DNA from: Microscillaceae bacterium
Lineage (GTDB): Bacteria; Bacteroidota; Bacteroidia; Cytophagales; Microscillaceae
Direction of reading: 5' to 3'
Length of the DNA: 64,000 bases
Assembly (NCBI GenBank): GCA_025455045.1
Contig: JALONJ010000001.1
Coordinates: forward strand, 3,642-67,641
The translations under genes and the position numbers were made by a program. Positions 62,985 to 64,000 of the stretch are shown one piece after another; the stretch's first letter is position 1, and the number at the start of each line of letters is the position of its first letter. The notes below the pieces were generated by a model. That model ran no database searches. It was given only the letters and a program-made list of their open reading frames with translations, and was not told where the DNA came from.

Positions 62985-64000
62985 CTATTTAATCAATCCC
63001 GTCTTCTTCAACAAAGCCTCTGGAGCGGGTTCTTTGCCTCGAAAACGTTTGTAAAGAGTCATTGGGGGTTCGCTTCCGCCTTTTGCCAAAATATGGTTTT
63101 TGAAAGATTGGGCAGTAGCGGTATCAAACATTCCTTTCTCTTGAAACAGCTCAAAAGCATCGGCTTCCAGTACTTCTGCCCATTTGTAGCTGTAATAACC
63201 TGCCGCATAGCCCCCGCTAAAAATATGGGTAAATGAAGTACTCATATTTGTACCTTCCCAAGTCGGGAAAAGGGCAGTTTCAGCCATTGTGGCATTTTCA
63301 AATTGGGCTACATCGGCGATGTTTTGCGGGTTTTGGGCGTGCCAAGCCATATCTAATTTACCAAAGCTGATTTGCCTAACTGTCTGATAACCAGACATAT
63401 AATTGGCTGAGTCTTTGATTTTTTGGATTAATTCTGCCGGAATCGGCTCATTGGTTTCATAATGACGAGCAAACAAATCCAAAGATTCTTTTTCATACGC
63501 CCAGTTTTCAAAAAATTGCGAAGGCAATTCCACAAAATCCCAATAAACATTCGTTCCCGAAAGGCTCTCGTATTGGCAATCTGCCAACATTCCGTGGAGG
63601 GCGTGACCAAATTCGTGAAAAAAAGTAGTTACTTCATTAAAAGTCAATAAACTAGGCTTGGTAGGCGTGGACTTGGTAAAATTGCATACAATCGAGATAT
63701 GCGGGCGGTGGTTGATGCCATTTTCCTTTTTTTGTCCGCGAAACGAAGTCATCCAAGCCCCGCCTTGCTTACCGGCACGAGGGAAGAAATCGGCATATAA
63801 TACCGCAATATGCTCATTATCAGCACTTTGCACTTCATAAGCGATTACTTCGGGGTGATAAACGGCAATATCTTTGCGCTCAACAAACTTCAAATTGTAG
63901 AGTTTTTCGCTTACTTTAAAGATACCTTCAATGACATTTTCCAGTTTGAAATACGGTTTCAAGATTTCATCATCAATATTGAATTTTTCTTTTTTCAATT
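62985..64000 (-). CDS. dcp: M3-family metallopeptidase (peptidyl-dipeptidase Dcp / oligopeptidase A-like), 5' end beyond the window
   Basis: C-terminal about 338 aa; zinc motif HEFGHALH; the M3 fold places this motif about 460 aa into the protein, so the N-terminal half lies past 64000. Confidence 0.85.
   Translation of the reverse strand, partial: LKKEKFNIDDEILKPYFKLENVIEGIFKVSEKLYNLKFVERKDIAVYHPEVIAYEVQSADNEHIAVLYADFFPRAGKQGGAWMTSFRGQKKENGINHRPHISIVCNFTKSTPTKPSLLTFNEVTTFFHEFGHALHGMLADCQYESLSGTNVYWDFVELPSQFFENWAYEKESLDLFARHYETNEPIPAELIQKIKDSANYMSGYQTVRQISFGKLDMAWHAQNPQNIADVAQFENATMAETALFPTWEGTNMSTSFTHIFSGGYAAGYYSYKWAEVLEADAFELFQEKGMFDTATAQSFKNHILAKGGSEPPMTLYKRFRGKEPAPEALLKKTGLIK

Noticed and set aside
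1-64000. tRNA, rRNA, tmRNA, RNase P or SRP RNA genes
   Set aside because: Reading both strands, I found no cloverleaf-like T-arm (GTTCRANYC) contexts, rRNA-like conserved blocks or other recognisable housekeeping RNA signatures. A covariance-model scan would be needed to be certain.

Overview
About 40% GC, Bacteroidota-like chromosomal window, judged from a SusC/SusD pair, an ECF sigma/FecR pair, DUF1573-yajC-ybbR-coaE synteny and the absence of Shine-Dalgarno sites. I support 38 CDSs, about 77% coding by my own tally. They include a czcA-czcC fusion plus czcB metal efflux operon, coaE/yajC/accA/moeB housekeeping genes, and a sigma/anti-sigma-controlled SusC/SusD polysaccharide utilisation locus (PUL) with LamG, GH144-like and GH3 genes (predicted beta-glucan target). 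Also present are two large orphan sensor kinases, a HupE + TonB-dependent receptor + TonB-like cluster, an orphan TolC, topA, a LysM-anchored pseudokinase, an S41 protease, crtY, a WS/DGAT-SCP2 fusion and a truncated M3 peptidase. I found no tRNA, rRNA, CRISPR array or transposase gene. The main signal is non-coding. The unusually long spacers are mosaics of short repeat families built around a 29-nt palindromic motif, TATAAnTAnn-TGATWATCA-nnTAnTTATA, with 52 exact intergenic copies. Some copies are interrupted exactly at their centre by other small elements. There are also MITE-like elements, one with perfect 17-bp terminal inverted repeats and a 10-bp target duplication. Further repeats are a 21-bp x6 tandem array upstream of susC and a perfect 58-bp tandem duplication across the topA start codon. 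All coordinates and counts come from manual reading, not computation.
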